DNA from: Anaeramoeba ignava BMAN
Taxonomy: Eukaryota; Protista; Anaeramoebae
NCBI GenBank assembly: GCA_028826165.1
Contig: JAPDFW010000059.1
Span: forward strand, 682,001-746,000
Length of the DNA stretch: 64,000 nt
Direction of reading: 5' to 3'
Shown piece after piece: positions 1 through 13,315 of the stretch. Numbering within the stretch: the stretch's first letter is position 1; each line of letters begins with the position of its first letter. The position numbers and the translations under genes were made by a program. The notes under the pieces are model-generated. The model was not told the DNA's origin. It ran no database searches and saw only the letters and a list, made by a program, of their open reading frames with translations.

Positions 1-34
1 TTTTTCATTTTTATTTTTATTTTTATTTTGCAAA

Positions 35-1126
35 ATGAAAAATATTAAATTTAAATCCGTTGCTGTAACTGGACAAGATGCAATTAGAACAAAATATTCT
101 GCTGTTCAATTGGGTTATTATAATGATCCTTTTGTTCAATTTTTTGTTCAAAACCCTCGAAAATCACAACCTATTATGAATCGAGGTTATTTTGCAAGAG
201 TTTATTCAATAGAAAAGTTAATTTTGCAATTTCTTAATGTTTCAAAAAAAATAAAAGAAAAAAACAAAGAAGAAAAAAAAGACGAAAATTTTCAAAATGT
301 TGTTCCTCAAATTGTGTCTCTTGGTTCTGGTCTAGACACAACTTTTTGGAGGATTTCACAAGACGAGAAATTCTCCAGTTTCCAATTCCGTTATTTCGAA
401 GTGGATCTTGATCAAGTTAACGCAAAAAAAATTGACGTTATTTTAAAACATAAAGAATTATCAAGTATAATTGGATGTGAGGAAAAAAATAATCAAAAAA
501 AGGAAGAACAAATTGAAGAGATTTTGCATGGATCAAAATCTGGGTTTTTTTTGGATCGCAAAAACGCGGAGATCATCTCATCAAAATATAGTCTGATTTC
601 TGGAGATCTATGCGCACTTGACAGCATAATTGAGCGAATGAAGATCCATAAGATCAACTTTGAAGCGCCCACAATATTCTTTTCGGAATGTTCGCTTGTG
701 TATTTGGATCCCAAGTATTCCGACGCGATTATTGGCTGGATTGCAAAGGATTTTCACGTTGTTTTTTTTGCTAATTATGAACATATTAATCCAAATGATC
801 CATTTGGAAAACGAATGTTATTAAATTTTGAAAAACGCAATGCGCCTCTTCTTGGGATACATCAATATCCTTCTCTATCTTCTCAAATACAGAGGCTCAA
901 GGATGCTGGTTTTGTTTTTGCAGGCGCTGATGATATGTTGAGTATTTATAATAGGTTCTCTACTTCTGATGAAGTGGATCGTTTGGTGATTCAAAAAATT
1001 CAGAAATTGGAGTTTTTTGATGAATTAGAAGAGTGGAATTTAATTATGAGACATTATATGATTTCTTGGGGTGTGAAAATTGAATCGGAATTTATTGATT
1101 TAGTTTCTGAATTTTTTCATTTGTGA
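35..1126 (+). CDS. LCMT1: Leucine carboxyl methyltransferase 1 (PP2A methyltransferase, PPM1)
   Basis: Single-exon 363-aa ORF with TKYSAVQLGYYNDPF, MNRGYFAR, SAM motif QIVSLGSGLDT, ECSLVYL and LEFFDELEEWNLIMRHY, all typical of LCMT1/PPM1. Confidence 0.93.
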   Translation: MKNIKFKSVAVTGQDAIRTKYSAVQLGYYNDPFVQFFVQNPRKSQPIMNRGYFARVYSIEKLILQFLNVSKKIKEKNKEEKKDENFQNVVPQIVSLGSGLDTTFWRISQDEKFSSFQFRYFEVDLDQVNAKKIDVILKHKELSSIIGCEEKNNQKKEEQIEEILHGSKSGFFLDRKNAEIISSKYSLISGDLCALDSIIERMKIHKINFEAPTIFFSECSLVYLDPKYSDAIIGWIAKDFHVVFFANYEHINPNDPFGKRMLLNFEKRNAPLLGIHQYPSLSSQIQRLKDAGFVFAGADDMLSIYNRFSTSDEVDRLVIQKIQKLEFFDELEEWNLIMRHYMISWGVKIESEFIDLVSEFFHL

Positions 1127-1204
1127 TGGAAGAAATTTTTAAAATGTTCAAAATTTTCAAAATGTTCAAAATGTTTTTTTTAGAATTGGAAGGAAATAAA
1201 GAAC

Positions 1205-1708
1205 CCAAATTTAACAATTTATTTACAAATTTATTTACAAATTTATTTACAAATTTATTTACAAATTTATTTACAAATTTATTTAACAATTTATTTACAA
1301 ATTTATTTACAAATTTATTTACAAATTTATTTACAAATTTATTTATAATTTTATTTACAAATTTATTTAAAAATTTATTTACAAATTTATTTAAAAATTT
1401 ATTTACAAATTTATTTACAAATTTATTTAAAAATTTATTTACAAATTTATTTACAAATTTATTTATAAATTTATTTAAATTTAAAAATTTATTTATAAAT
1501 TTATTTACAAATTTATTTACAAATTTATTTATAAATTTATTTACAAATTTATTTACAAATTTATTTATAACTTTATTTACAAATTTATTTATAAATTTAT
1601 GGTTTTATTAAATTTATTTAAAAATTTATTTATGATTAAAATTTATTTATAAATTTATTTATAAATTTATTTACAAATTTATTTACAAATTTATTTACAA
1701 ATTTATTT
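1205..1708. repeat. 12-bp tandem repeat (ACAAATTTATTT)n
   Basis: Directly visible array downstream of the LCMT1 stop; source of the spurious NLFT and NKFV ORFs. Confidence 0.95.
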
Positions 1709-3060
1709 AAGATCTAATTAAAATTATTTTAAAAAAAGGGATTAAAATGATTAATTGAATTAAATTGGATTTTATTGATTAAAAAATTTATTTAAAAAAT
1801 GTGGAATAAAATTGATTAAAATTTATTTATAAATTTATTTACAAATTTATTTATAAATCTAATTAAGATCTAATTAAATTTATTTTAAAAAAAGGGATTA
1901 AAATGGTTAATTGAATTAAATTGAATTTTATTGATTAAAAAATTTATTTAAAAAATGTGGAATAAAATTGATTAAAATTTATTTATAAATTTATTTAAAA
2001 ATTTATTTAAAAATTTATTTAAGATCTAATTAAAATTATTTTAAAAAAAGGAATTAAAATGATTAATTGAATTAAATTGGATTTTATTGATTAAAAAATC
2101 TATTTAAAAAATGTGGAATAAAATTGATTAAAATTTATTTACAAATTTATTTACAAATTTATTTATAAATTTAATTAAAATCTAATTAAAATTATTTTAA
2201 AAAAAGGGATTAAAATGGTTAATTGAATTAAATTAGATTTTATTGATTAAAAAATCTATTTAAAAAATGTGGAATAAAATTTATTAAAATTTATTAAAAT
2301 TTATTTATAAATTTATTTAAAAATTTATTTAAGATCTAATTAAAATTATTTTAAAAAAAGGGATTAAAATGATTAATTGAATTAAATTGGATTTTATTGA
2401 TTAAAAAATTTATTTAAAAAATGTGGAATAAAATTTATTTATAAATTTATTTACAAATTTATTTAAGATCTAATTAAAATTATTTTAAAAAAAGAGATTA
2501 AAATGGTTAATTGAATTAAATTGAATTTTATTGATTAAAAAATTTATTAAAAAAATGTGGAATAAAATTTATTTATAAATTTATTTACAAATTTATTTAC
2601 AAATTTATTTACAAATTTATTTAAAAATTTATTTACAAATTTATTTACAAATTTAATTAAGATCTAATTAAAATTATTTTAAAAAAAGAGATTAAAATGA
2701 TTAATTGAATTAAATTGGATTTTATTGATTAAAAAATTTATTTAAAAATGTGGAATAAAATTGATTAAAATTTATTTATAAATTTATTTAAAAATTTATT
2801 TAAAAATCTAATTAAGATCTAATTAAAATTATTTTAAAAAAAGGGATTAAAATGGTTAATTGAATTAAATTGGATTTTATTGATTAAAAAATTTATTTAA
2901 AAAATGTGGAATAAAATTGATTAAAATTTATTTACAAATTTATTTACAAATTTATTTACAAATCTAATTAAAATCTAATTAAAATTATTTTAAAAAAAGG
3001 GATTAAAATGATTAATTGAATTAAATTAGATTTTATTGATTAAAAAAATTTATTTAAAAA
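1709..3060. repeat. ~156-bp satellite-like tandem repeat, 9 units
   Basis: Units begin AAGATCTAATTAAAATTATTTTAAAAAAAGGGATTAAAATG (minor variants) at about 1709, 1865, 2021, 2177, 2331, 2465, 2659, 2814 and 2970. Confidence 0.9.
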
Positions 3061-4590
3061 AAATGAGATGGAATTTAAAACCAAAAACAAAATCTAATTT
3101 AATTCATTAAAATAAAGATTAAATTGAAAGTTGATTAAAGTTGTAATTTTTATTTTAATTTAGTTTCTTATTTTTTTTTCTTTTTCAATTTACTAATTGC
3201 CTCATAGATTTGAAATTAGATCAATATTTCTAATAAAACTATTAACTTATTTTTAAAATCCTTTTTTATTTTCCTTTTTAAAATTTAATTAAAATTTTTT
3301 AAATTAGATTTTTTTAATAATCCCCCAAAACTAATTTTAACACTTGATCTTTATTTATAGATTTAATTTAAAACTCTTCACTTTTTTATTTTTGTTTTTA
3401 TTTTTGTTTTTGTTTTTATTTTTGTTTTTGTTTTTGTTTTTGTTTTTGTTTTTGTTTTTGTTTTTGTTTTTGTTTTTGTTTTTGTTTTTTGTTTTTTTTT
3501 ATTTGAAAATTTAATTAAAAAAAAAAAAGAAAGAAGAAAAAATTTTTTTTTTAAATCGACACGTGTTGGGTAAATTTTTTGCTTTTTAATTTAAATTTTA
3601 TTAATAAAGTTGAGAATAAGTTATTTGATCTTTTAAAAGAAAAATTAAATTAAATAATAAAGAAAAATTAAAAGAAAATAAAGAAATAAAGAAAATTAAA
3701 AGAAAATAAATAAATAAAAAATGAAAAAAAGAAAAACGTAAGAAGAATTTTGATCAAAAAAAAAAAAAAAAAAATTTAATTTTAAAATAAAAAATAAATA
3801 AGAAAAGGTTAATTTACCCTTAATTTTTAATTTAATTTAAATTTAATTTTAATTTAAATTTTAATTAAAACTTTTTTAAAATTGGTTTTTTAAAAACTTT
3901 TAAAAGGAATAATTTGTTGAAAAATTAAAAGAAAGGAAAAAAAGGAAATAAATTTTTTTTTATCTAAAATAAAAAAGAAAAAAATAAAATAAAATAAAAT
4001 AAAATAAGTTTTCAATTATAAATAATATTGGAAATTAAATTTAAATATTCTTCTTTTATTGTTCTTAATTAAATTATTTAACAAAAGATCGATCGATCAA
4101 AAATAAAATAAAAAGAAAAAAAAACAAAAAAAAAATTTTTTTAACAATTTAAACAAAAAAAAAAAGTTAACAAATTTTTTAATTAAAAACTTAATAAAAA
4201 GAATTCGTAAACCAATTTAAAAAATATAATAGAAATAAAAATGCAAAAAATTCAATAAAAAAAAAACTGAAAACGAAGCGATTTTTTTAATTAAAATTCT
4301 AATTAAAAAAAATTTAAATAAAAAAATTTTTAATTAAAAAAAAAAAAAAAATATTAAAAGATTTCAATCGATCTTTCCACCAAATCACTTTTCTCCTTTC
4401 AATCTAACAAGTTTACACTCTTCTTTGACATTTTTTTTTATTGAAAATTTTTTTTTTTTACTTTTTTCTTTTTCTTTTTCTTTTTAAAATTACATTTTTG
4501 TTTTGAATTGTTTAGCTTTTTTTTTAAAAAAATTTTTTCTTTACATTCTTTTATACAAAAAAAACAAAACCAATTTTTTAAAAAACAACA

Positions 4591-5967
4591 ATGACATTAA
4601 ATCCAGAAAAAACAGTTACAATAGATAAGGAAAAAACAGTTACAATAGATAAGGAAAAAACATTAACATTAAATCCAGAAAAAACATTAACATTAGATAA
4701 GGAAAAAACAAGTACAATAGATAATCAAAAAACATTAACAATAGATAAGGAAAAAACAAGTACATTAGACAATCAAAAAACAAGTACAATAGATAAGGAA
4801 AAAACAAATACAACAGACATTAACACAAATTCCACAAATACAATTCGCACTTGTTCAAATTGTGGGACACAAAAAACTCCCATGTGGAGAAGAGGACCAG
4901 CTCCAAATTACGCAGATCTGTGCAATGCTTGCGGTTGTTACTTCAGAACTCACTTAAAACACAGACCTATTCCAACAGGAAAAAAAGCTAATATGCCAAT
5001 TCTTTCTAGAAAAAAAAGAGCTAAAAATAACAAGAAACGTAAATGCCAAAATCGCCAAGAACAACTCGACATTTCTCCAGATAAACAAACAAAATGCCCG
5101 AAACAGATCGAAAAAAAAGTTCGTTGTAGAAAATCCAAAAACCCGAAATCTCTTATCCATCAAAAGGAAAAAAAGACAAAACAACACAAAGACAACTTGA
5201 CATTGAACGCTTTTGAGCAAGAAACACATGAAAGTCAACGCCAACCATTCACAGACAATCCTGACATTAACGAGCAAAACATAAATTCCTTGTATTCTGA
5301 TGTAATCCGGCTTTTTGATCCTCAAGAATTTTTTTATCCTCAACAAAACATTTTTTATCCACAAATTTGTTCTTTTCCAAATCAAACAAATGGAGTTTAT
5401 ATTCAAACACCCCCAAATGCTTATCCAGGTTTTGTTCAATTAATGCCTTATTCAATGATCACAGGTTTTGATCAATTTCTACCTTTAAATCAAGAACAAA
5501 CACAACGTTTTTTAACTTGCAGATTTACATTTCTTGATAAGAATTATGATTTTCAACTTGATCTTAGCAAAATTGATGTAATTTATTAATTTTTATAATG
5601 ACGTTTAATTAATTTTAAAAAAATTTGATGAATTAATTTTAAAAAAGAAAAAATTTTTTTCATCTTTAATAATTTTATTTTTAATTTTAAATTAATTTTA
5701 ATTTTATTTATAATTTTAATTTTAATTTTAATTATTTAATTTTAATTTAATTTTAATTTTAATTTTAATTTTAATTTTAAATTTAAATAGAGTGTTTCAA
5801 GTCTTTATCAACAAATTCAAGAAAAATTTGGATTTGATGCAAAACCTTATCTTAATCTTGAAATTGTGTTTCCTGATACAAATCAACCAAAAATTCCAAT
5901 TTCTTGCGATGAAGATCTTCTTAATTTGAACAAGAAAGAATCTTTATTACAAATTTCTTTTGCTTAA
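4591..5967 (+). CDS. GATA zinc-finger transcription factor with N-terminal 8-aa repeats and C-terminal PB1-like domain (exons 4591-5577, 5791-5967)
   Basis: CSNCGTQKTPMWRRGP...LCNACG followed by a basic tail. Phase-0 intron GTAATT(5578)...AAATAG(5790). Exon 2 reads SVSSLYQQIQEKFGFDAKPYLNLEIVFPDTNQPKIPISCDEDLLNLNKKESLLQISFA*. Confidence 0.85.
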
Positions 5968-6762
5968 AGAAATTTAATTCAAAAATTAATTGTTGCTTTG
6001 CTTTCAAATTTAATCTCTTAATCCTCTTCACAAAAAAAGAAATCATTTAAAATGGTTCTTTTTTTTGTGCTGAAGATGATTTTTTTTTTTAATCATCTTC
6101 ACTCATTCGGTTATTCCACTTTTTTTTTTTTTCACCTTTTGGAAAAAAATTTTTTTTTTCCATTTTTTTTTTCTTTTTTTTTTGGATTACTTTTTCACCC
6201 TCAAGTTTACATTCTTCATTAACTTTCATCTCCTTCGTAACAAGATACTTCAATTATTTCTTCCATCTCAAGCAATTTTCCATTCAATTCATTTTTAAAT
6301 TTTCAATCAAAAACCCTTTTTTTGGATTTGGGTTTCTATTTCAAATCTATTTTTTTTTCTTTTTTCTTTTTCTTTTTTTCTTTGTTTGATTTGTTTTTAA
6401 AAAAAAAAGGGTTTTTGTTTGGAAATGAAAAGTTTTTTTTTTTTTTTTTTTTTTTTTTGATTTGATAATTTAAAAATAATTTTCTTTTAATTTTTTTTTT
6501 TATAAAAATTTAAATCAAATTAAATCTTCCTCAATAAATGCTCAATCTTTTATTATTTCTTTTTTTCTTTTTAAAAAAACAAAAAACAAAAAAAATGAAT
6601 TTGAATTTGAATTTGATTTTTGATTTTGATTTAGATTTTGATTAATTATACTAATTTTTCAATCCAAAAAGTAAAAAAGTAAAAAAAAGTAAAAAAAAGT
6701 AAAAAAAAGTAAAAAAGGAACAAAAAGTAAAAAAGGAACAAAAAGTGGATCGAAAATTTGGA

Positions 6763-9700
6763 TCAGTTAAGATTAACTTGATCAAGTAAATTACCAAAAG
6801 GATCAATAGCTGTAAAATTAATATCATTTGAATGAACTTCAACAATCCAAATATTTCTAAATGAAAAAATTTAAATTAAAATTAAATTTAAAATTAAAAT
6901 TAAAATTAAAATTAAAATTAAAATTAAAATTAAAATTTAAATTTAAAATTAAAATTAAAATTAAAATTAAAATTTAAATTTAAAATTAAAATTAAAATTT
7001 AAATTTAAAATTAAAATTAAAATTAAAATTAAAATTATAATTAAAATTCAAATTTAATTGAAAAATACCTGCTGCTTCTAATCTTGTCTTCATACCAACG
7101 TAAATCATTATCGTTATCTCTCTCTCTTAAACTTCCCCAACCACCACCACCGAAATAAATAGCGCCATTTTGCGCAACAGTTGCATCATTTCTGAGCATT
7201 TTAGATCTTTTCATAATATGAGAATGATGTTCAAAAACAACGGAAATATTTTGAGTATCCAAAATTTGAAGCCATTCTTCACGAATATCTTTTGATCTTG
7301 AGTTGTCATGTTTGCGATAAGAAGGGTACATTGGGACATGATAAACAACAATGATATTTTGAACAGATTGGGAACGAAGGGACTGGATTGTATCAGTGAG
7401 CCATTGTTTCTGGTCTTCCATTGGGAAGATATGATTTGTATCCAAAGTGATGATTGACGTGTTTTTATTGATTTGATGTGAATGATAAGTGAGTTGTTTA
7501 AAAGGATCCGTGAATAATGTTGATGTATGCTGAAAATATGTGAACCAAAACGGCGCGTGTTTTGGTTTCACTTCCTTGTATAGATATCCAATGCTTACTT
7601 CGTGATTTCCTATTGCTGGGATTATTGGTAATGAATATCCACTTGGTGTTTTTGAATGTTTGTCCCATTGTGAAAGCCATGCATCCCATCTTCGATAACA
7701 GCATAATGTCCCATCGTCGTGTGCAAAATCCCCTCCAAATACTATAAATGCCGGTTCGTATTTTACCATTTGATCTGTTATATCGTTCCATTCTGGATAA
7801 AGCTGGTTTTATTATTTGATTTAAATTTGATATAAATTTGATTTGAAATTAATTTGAATTTGATTTGAATTTGATTTAAATTTGATTTAAAATTGATATA
7901 AATTTGATTTAAATTTGATTTAAATTTGATTTAAATTTGATTTAAATTTGATATAAATTTGATTTAAAATTGATTTAAAATTGATTTAAATTTGATTTAA
8001 ATTTGATTTAAATTTGATTTAAAATTAATTTAAATTTGATATAAAATTGATATAAAATTGATTTAAAATTGATTTAAAATTTTGATTTAAAATTGATATA
8101 AATTTGATTTAAATTTGATTTAAATTTGATTTAAATTTGATTTAAAATTGATATAAAATTGATATAAAATTGATTTGAATTTCATTTAAATTTGATTTGA
8201 ATTTGATTTGAATTTGATTTAAATTTGATTTAAAATTGATATAAATTTGATTTAAATTTGATTTAAATTGATTTAAAATTGATTTAAAATTGATTTAAAT
8301 TTGATTTAAAATTGATTTAAAATTGATTTAAATTTGATTTAAATTTGATTTGAATTTGATTTAAATTTGATTTAAAATTGATATAAAATTGATTTAAAAT
8401 TGATTTAAATTTGATATAAAATTGATATAAATTTGATATAAAATTGATTTAAATTTGATATAAAATTGATATAAAATTGATTTAAATTTGATATAAAATT
8501 GATATAAATTTGATATAAAATTGATATAAATTTGATATAAAATTGATATAAAATTGATTTAAATTTGATTTAAATTTGATTTAAATTTTCATTCCATTTT
8601 TGAATTTTAATTTTCATTCCATTTTTGAATTTTGATTTGAAATTCCATTTTTAATTGTAATTCTTCTTAAAATAATTCCAAAAAATAAATACATTTGAAT
8701 CACCACCAACTGCAAAAACAACATCAGAAACATTATAAGGAGTTGTTCTAAACTTTTGTTCTCCTGACCACTTTTCATTTGAATCTAAATAATAATAAAT
8801 AGATTTAGATTTATATTTATATTTATATTTAGATTTAGATTTATATTTATATTTATATTTTAAATATTTAGATTTAGATTTAGATTTTAAAGATTTAGAT
8901 TTATATTTTAAATATTTAGATTTATATTTAATTCAAATTTACTTTGATCTCCTGCTCTAAAAAAGTAAGTTGTATCTTCATTTAAATTGTCCAAAATTGC
9001 ATAATGAATATATCTATCAACTTCAAAAGGATCCATTTTATGAGTAATTGCAGTTGCTGTAAATTCATAACCTGAAGCAGAAGGATGACTTGTAGTAGAA
9101 AATTTAACACAAGGAGATGAATAAGATTCAGAAGAATGAAAAATAACAATCATTTCAGAAGATTGATTTTCAGCTGCAGTTAAATAAACATGACAAGGTG
9201 ATCCTAATATTTTAAAAAATTCAGAGAAAAATGAATTTTACCAAATTATAATAAGATATTTAGATTTAGATTTATATTTATATTTATATTTAGATTTAAA
9301 TTACCTTCTTCACAAGAAGATTTCATAAATTTTCTTGTGAATTTTGTACTTGTATATCCCAAATTATTTCTATCAAAACATAAATCTTCAAGTATAAAAC
9401 TAAGGAAAAAAGTGACAAATATGATCGACTTGTTTTTTGTTATTAAGTTTTAAATTGTTTTTTGGTTATTAAATTTTAAATTATTTTTTATTATTAAATT
9501 TTAAATTGTTTTGGTTATTAAATTTTAAATTGTTTGTATTATTAAATTTTAAATTATTTTTGGTTATTAAATTTTAAATTGTTTTGGTTATTAAATTTTA
9601 AATTATTTTTGTTATTAAATTTTAAATTATTTTTTATTAATTTTTAAATTATTTTTATTATTAATTTTTAAATTGTTTGTATTATTTTGGAATAAAAAGT

Positions 9701-10463
9701 AAAAAATTTTTTTTAAAAAATTAATTACAAGTAAAATTGGGATAATAATCTTCTTTTTTGTAGTAAATAAAACTTTAATTTTTATAAAGAAATTCACAAA
9801 AAATCTTTTTTTAGAACGAGATTTTTGATTATTAATATTTGTATAAGTATTTGATTGATTTTTTGGATTATGAAGTTTATTTTTATCATTTTCATTTTCA
9901 TTTTCATTGTCACTTTTGCTTTTGTTATTATTTTCTAGATCAATATCACTTAAGCTTTGACTTTTACTTTGGCTTTTACTTTTACTTTTGCTTTTACTTT
10001 TGCTTTTGCTTTTGCTTTTACTGCTCTTTTTCTCTTCTTTATTTTCATTGTCACTTGTTTTTTTGTTGTCAATTTCATTCCCTTTTAATTTTTTTTCATT
10101 TTTAATATCTTTTAACTCCATCTCATTGTCACTTGTTTTCTCTTTAACTGGAAACAAAACAACAACAATAATAAAAAACAATATTGACAGCAACAGACCA
10201 GAAACAACAGGATGAGTAATATCAAACATAGAAAAAGAAAGGAAAACCAAAGCAAGAATAATAATCAATATCCAACTGACAAAGAAAAAAATAATTCTTA
10301 ACCATCTTCTTCTTTGCTTTTTAAATGTTTTTTTTGGACTGATTTCTGGTTTAGTTTTGAAAATTAATGCTAAAATCAATTCAATTATAAAAATCCCTAA
10401 AAAAATCAGAAAAAGTCCTAAAGTTAATGCATCAAGTAATGATAAATCTCCTAAATATGCCAT
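6763..10463 (-). CDS. Membrane-anchored purple acid phosphatase-like metallophosphoesterase (TM helices + FN3-like + calcineurin-like catalytic domain), 6 exons
   Basis: Exons 10463-9729, 9428-9305, 9203-8943, 8784-8693, 7802-7069 and 6856-6763 join in frame with GT-AG ends. Motifs PCHVYLT, GGDS, GGDFAHD, GNHE, YHVPMY and FEHHSH. Confidence 0.88.
7810..8590. repeat. Intronic 11-bp tandem repeat (TTTGATTTAAA/TTGATATAAAA)n
   Basis: Fills intron 4 of the phosphatase gene. Confidence 0.9.
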
Positions 10464-10725
10464 TTCAATTTGATAACTGTTTTTAAAAAGAAAAAAAGAA
10501 TAAAAGAAAAAAAAAAAAGAATGAAAAAGAAAAAAATGATTTAAAAAATTTTTTTTTTTAATTTTAAAAAGGTTAAAAAAAATATAAAAATTAAAATAAT
10601 AAAATATAAAAAGTAAAAAGAAAAGTTTTATTGAGAATGAAAGATCTTTTCTTTATTGTGTTTTTTTTTTGGAGTTTTTTTTAAAGAAAAAAAAGAAAAA
10701 AAAGAAAAAAAAGAAAAATTAGGAA

Positions 10726-13315
10726 TTATCTTGCAGAAAGTCCAAAATCACCAGAAATAGTTGTTCCAGAAATATAAGAAGCTTCATCGCTTGCAAGGAA
10801 CATAATAATAGCAGCCATCCTTTCAAATCAAATATTTATAAATTAATTTAATTCAATTTAATTCAATTTAATTCAAATATTTGATTTAAATCAAATATTT
10901 ATAAATCAATATAATTCAATTTAATTCAATTTAAATCAATTTACAATTTAAATCAAATTAATTCAATTTAAATCAATATAATTCAAATATTTATAAATCA
11001 ATTTAATTCAATTCAATTTAAATCAATTTAATTCAATTTAATTCAATTTAATTCAATTCAATTTAAATCAAATATTTATAAATCAATTTAATTCAATTCA
11101 ATTTATATCAATTTAAATTAATTTAAATCAATTTAATTTAATTCAATTTTAATTTAGAGTTAATTCAATTTAATTCAATTTAAATCAATTTAATTCAATT
11201 TAATTCAATTTAATTCAATTTAATTCAATTTAATTCAATTTAAATATTTATAAATCAATTCAATATAATTCAATTTAAATCAATTATTTATAAATCAATT
11301 CAATTTGATTTAATTCAATTTAATTCAATTCAATTCAATTTAAATCAATTTTATAAAATTTACTCAGAAGGATCACCAAGTCTTCCATTAGGAAGATCTT
11401 GTTCACAAAGTGGTTTAAATTGTTCCCAAAGTGTTGAATTTTGAGTAACTAAAGGTCCAACCCATGGTTGAAGTCCTTCAAAAATATTTTGCTTGATTCC
11501 AAGTTAAAGGTGTTGATATTAATCCAGGAGCAAGACAATTAGCTCGAATTGTTGGTGTTCCACTTGCATATTCAAGTGCAATTGATTCAGTTAATCCAAT
11601 TATCCCATGTTTGCTTGCAGAATACATTGATGCTTTTTTAAATATTAATTTGATTAATTATAATATTAATTTTAATTTTAATTTTAATTTTGATTTTAAT
11701 TTTAATTTTAATTTTAATTTTAATTTTAATTTTGATTTTAATTTTGATTTTAATTTTAATTTTAATTTTGATTTTAATTTTAATTAATTTTAATTTTAAT
11801 TTTAATTTTAATTTTAATTTTAATTTTAATTTTAATTTTAATTTTAATTTTAATAATTTTAATTTTAATTTTAATTATAATTTTAATTTTAATTTTATAA
11901 ATGAATTTTAATTTTAATTTCGATTTTATAAATGAATTTTAATTTTATAAATGAATTTTAATTTTAAAGCTGAATTTTTATAATAAAGAATAAATATTTA
12001 GTATGCAATGTACCAGTAGGACAAGCTCGAATTCCTAAAAATTCATTTTAATTTTTTATTTAATTTTTTTTCCAATTTAATTTAAATTGTTAATACAACA
12101 AAAAAGAACACTTTTTTTTTAAAAGTATTAAGAATAAACAAACCATTATAACTTGATAAATTAATCATTGTTCCATTTCTACTATGATTGTACCAATATT
12201 TGACTTCTTGTTGCATACAATTAAAAGTTCCATAAAGATTATTATAAATTGGATCACTTAATTTTAAATTTTAATTTTGATTTTAATTTTAATTTTAAAT
12301 TTAATTTTAAATTTAATTTTAATTTTAATTTTGATTTTAATTTTAATTTTAATTATAATTTTATTTTTAATTTTAATTTTAATTTTAATTTTTAATTTTG
12401 ATTTTAATTTTAATATTAATTTTAATTTTAATTTTAATTTTAATTTTGATTTTAAATTTTTTTAAATAATTTTAAAATTTTAATTGTTCTGATTTTAATT
12501 TTAATTTTTAATTGTAATTTTAAATGTAAATTTACTGTTCTCCAAAAGTATAATTATCAGGGATTTCATGCATTTTACCAAGCATACCACCAATGCCAGC
12601 ATTATTAACAGCAATATCAATAGTACCATAATTATTATGAATAAAATTAATTACATTTTTAATTTCATCCAAATTACGAATATCAGCTTTAATAAATTTA
12701 GCTGTTCCATTCGCTGCAATAACTTGTGGATCTGTTTTTATTTTCCGTTCAGCATCAGCACCATTATACCAATCTGGATGCTCATCTCTTGCAATACTAA
12801 TTTTAATTTTGATTTTAATTTTAATTTTAATTTTAATTTTAATTTTAATTTTAATTTTAATTTTAATTTTAATTTTAATTTTAATTTTAATTTTAATATT
12901 AATTTTAATTTTAATAATTTTAATTTTAATTTTTAATTTTGATATTTGATTTTAATTTTAATTTTAATTTTAAATATTAATTTTAATTTTAATTTTAATT
13001 TTGATTTTAATTTTTAATTTTGATTTTAATTTTTAATTTTAATATTAATTTTAAATTTTAATTTTAATTTTAAATTTTAATTGGGAATTGTTTTAGTCTA
13101 ACTTACAAAATAACTGTTGCTCCGGCTCTAGCAAATCCAAGTGCTTTAAAAAATTTAAAATTTTAATTGATTTTTTTTAAATGATTTTTTTAATTGATTT
13201 TTTTACAAGTTGCAAAACCAATTCCACTTGAACCACCAGTTAGGAAAACAACTTTGCCTGTAAAATTTGTAGCAAAAGTATAAGAGAATAATAATAAAAG
13301 GAAAAATAATTTCAT
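10726..13315 (-). CDS. Short-chain dehydrogenase/reductase (classical SDR) with N-terminal signal peptide, 7 exons; one apparent frameshift near 11480
   Basis: MKLFFLLLLFSYTFA-TNFTGKVVFLTGGSSGIG, NNAGIGG, INLSSYNG, catalytic YSASKHG, ANCLAPG, GRLGDPSE and FLASDEASYISG. All introns are GT-AG. Confidence 0.88.

Noticed and set aside
1092-1611. ORF-track proteins NLFT/NKFV and similar ILIL, NFNF, KIKI, DFDF and KCFC ORFs throughout the window
   Set aside because: They are stop-free translations of microsatellites in introns or intergenic DNA, or antisense to real low-complexity exons.
1709-3060. Repeat-spacer pattern resembling a CRISPR array
   Set aside because: The variable parts are copies of the same 12-mer rather than unique spacers, the context is eukaryotic and there are no cas genes.
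11478-11486. In-frame TGA in the SDR gene, suggesting selenocysteine, readthrough or a pseudogene
   Set aside because: The protein continues in a shifted frame right after a T5 run. A homopolymer indel from sequencing is the simplest explanation.
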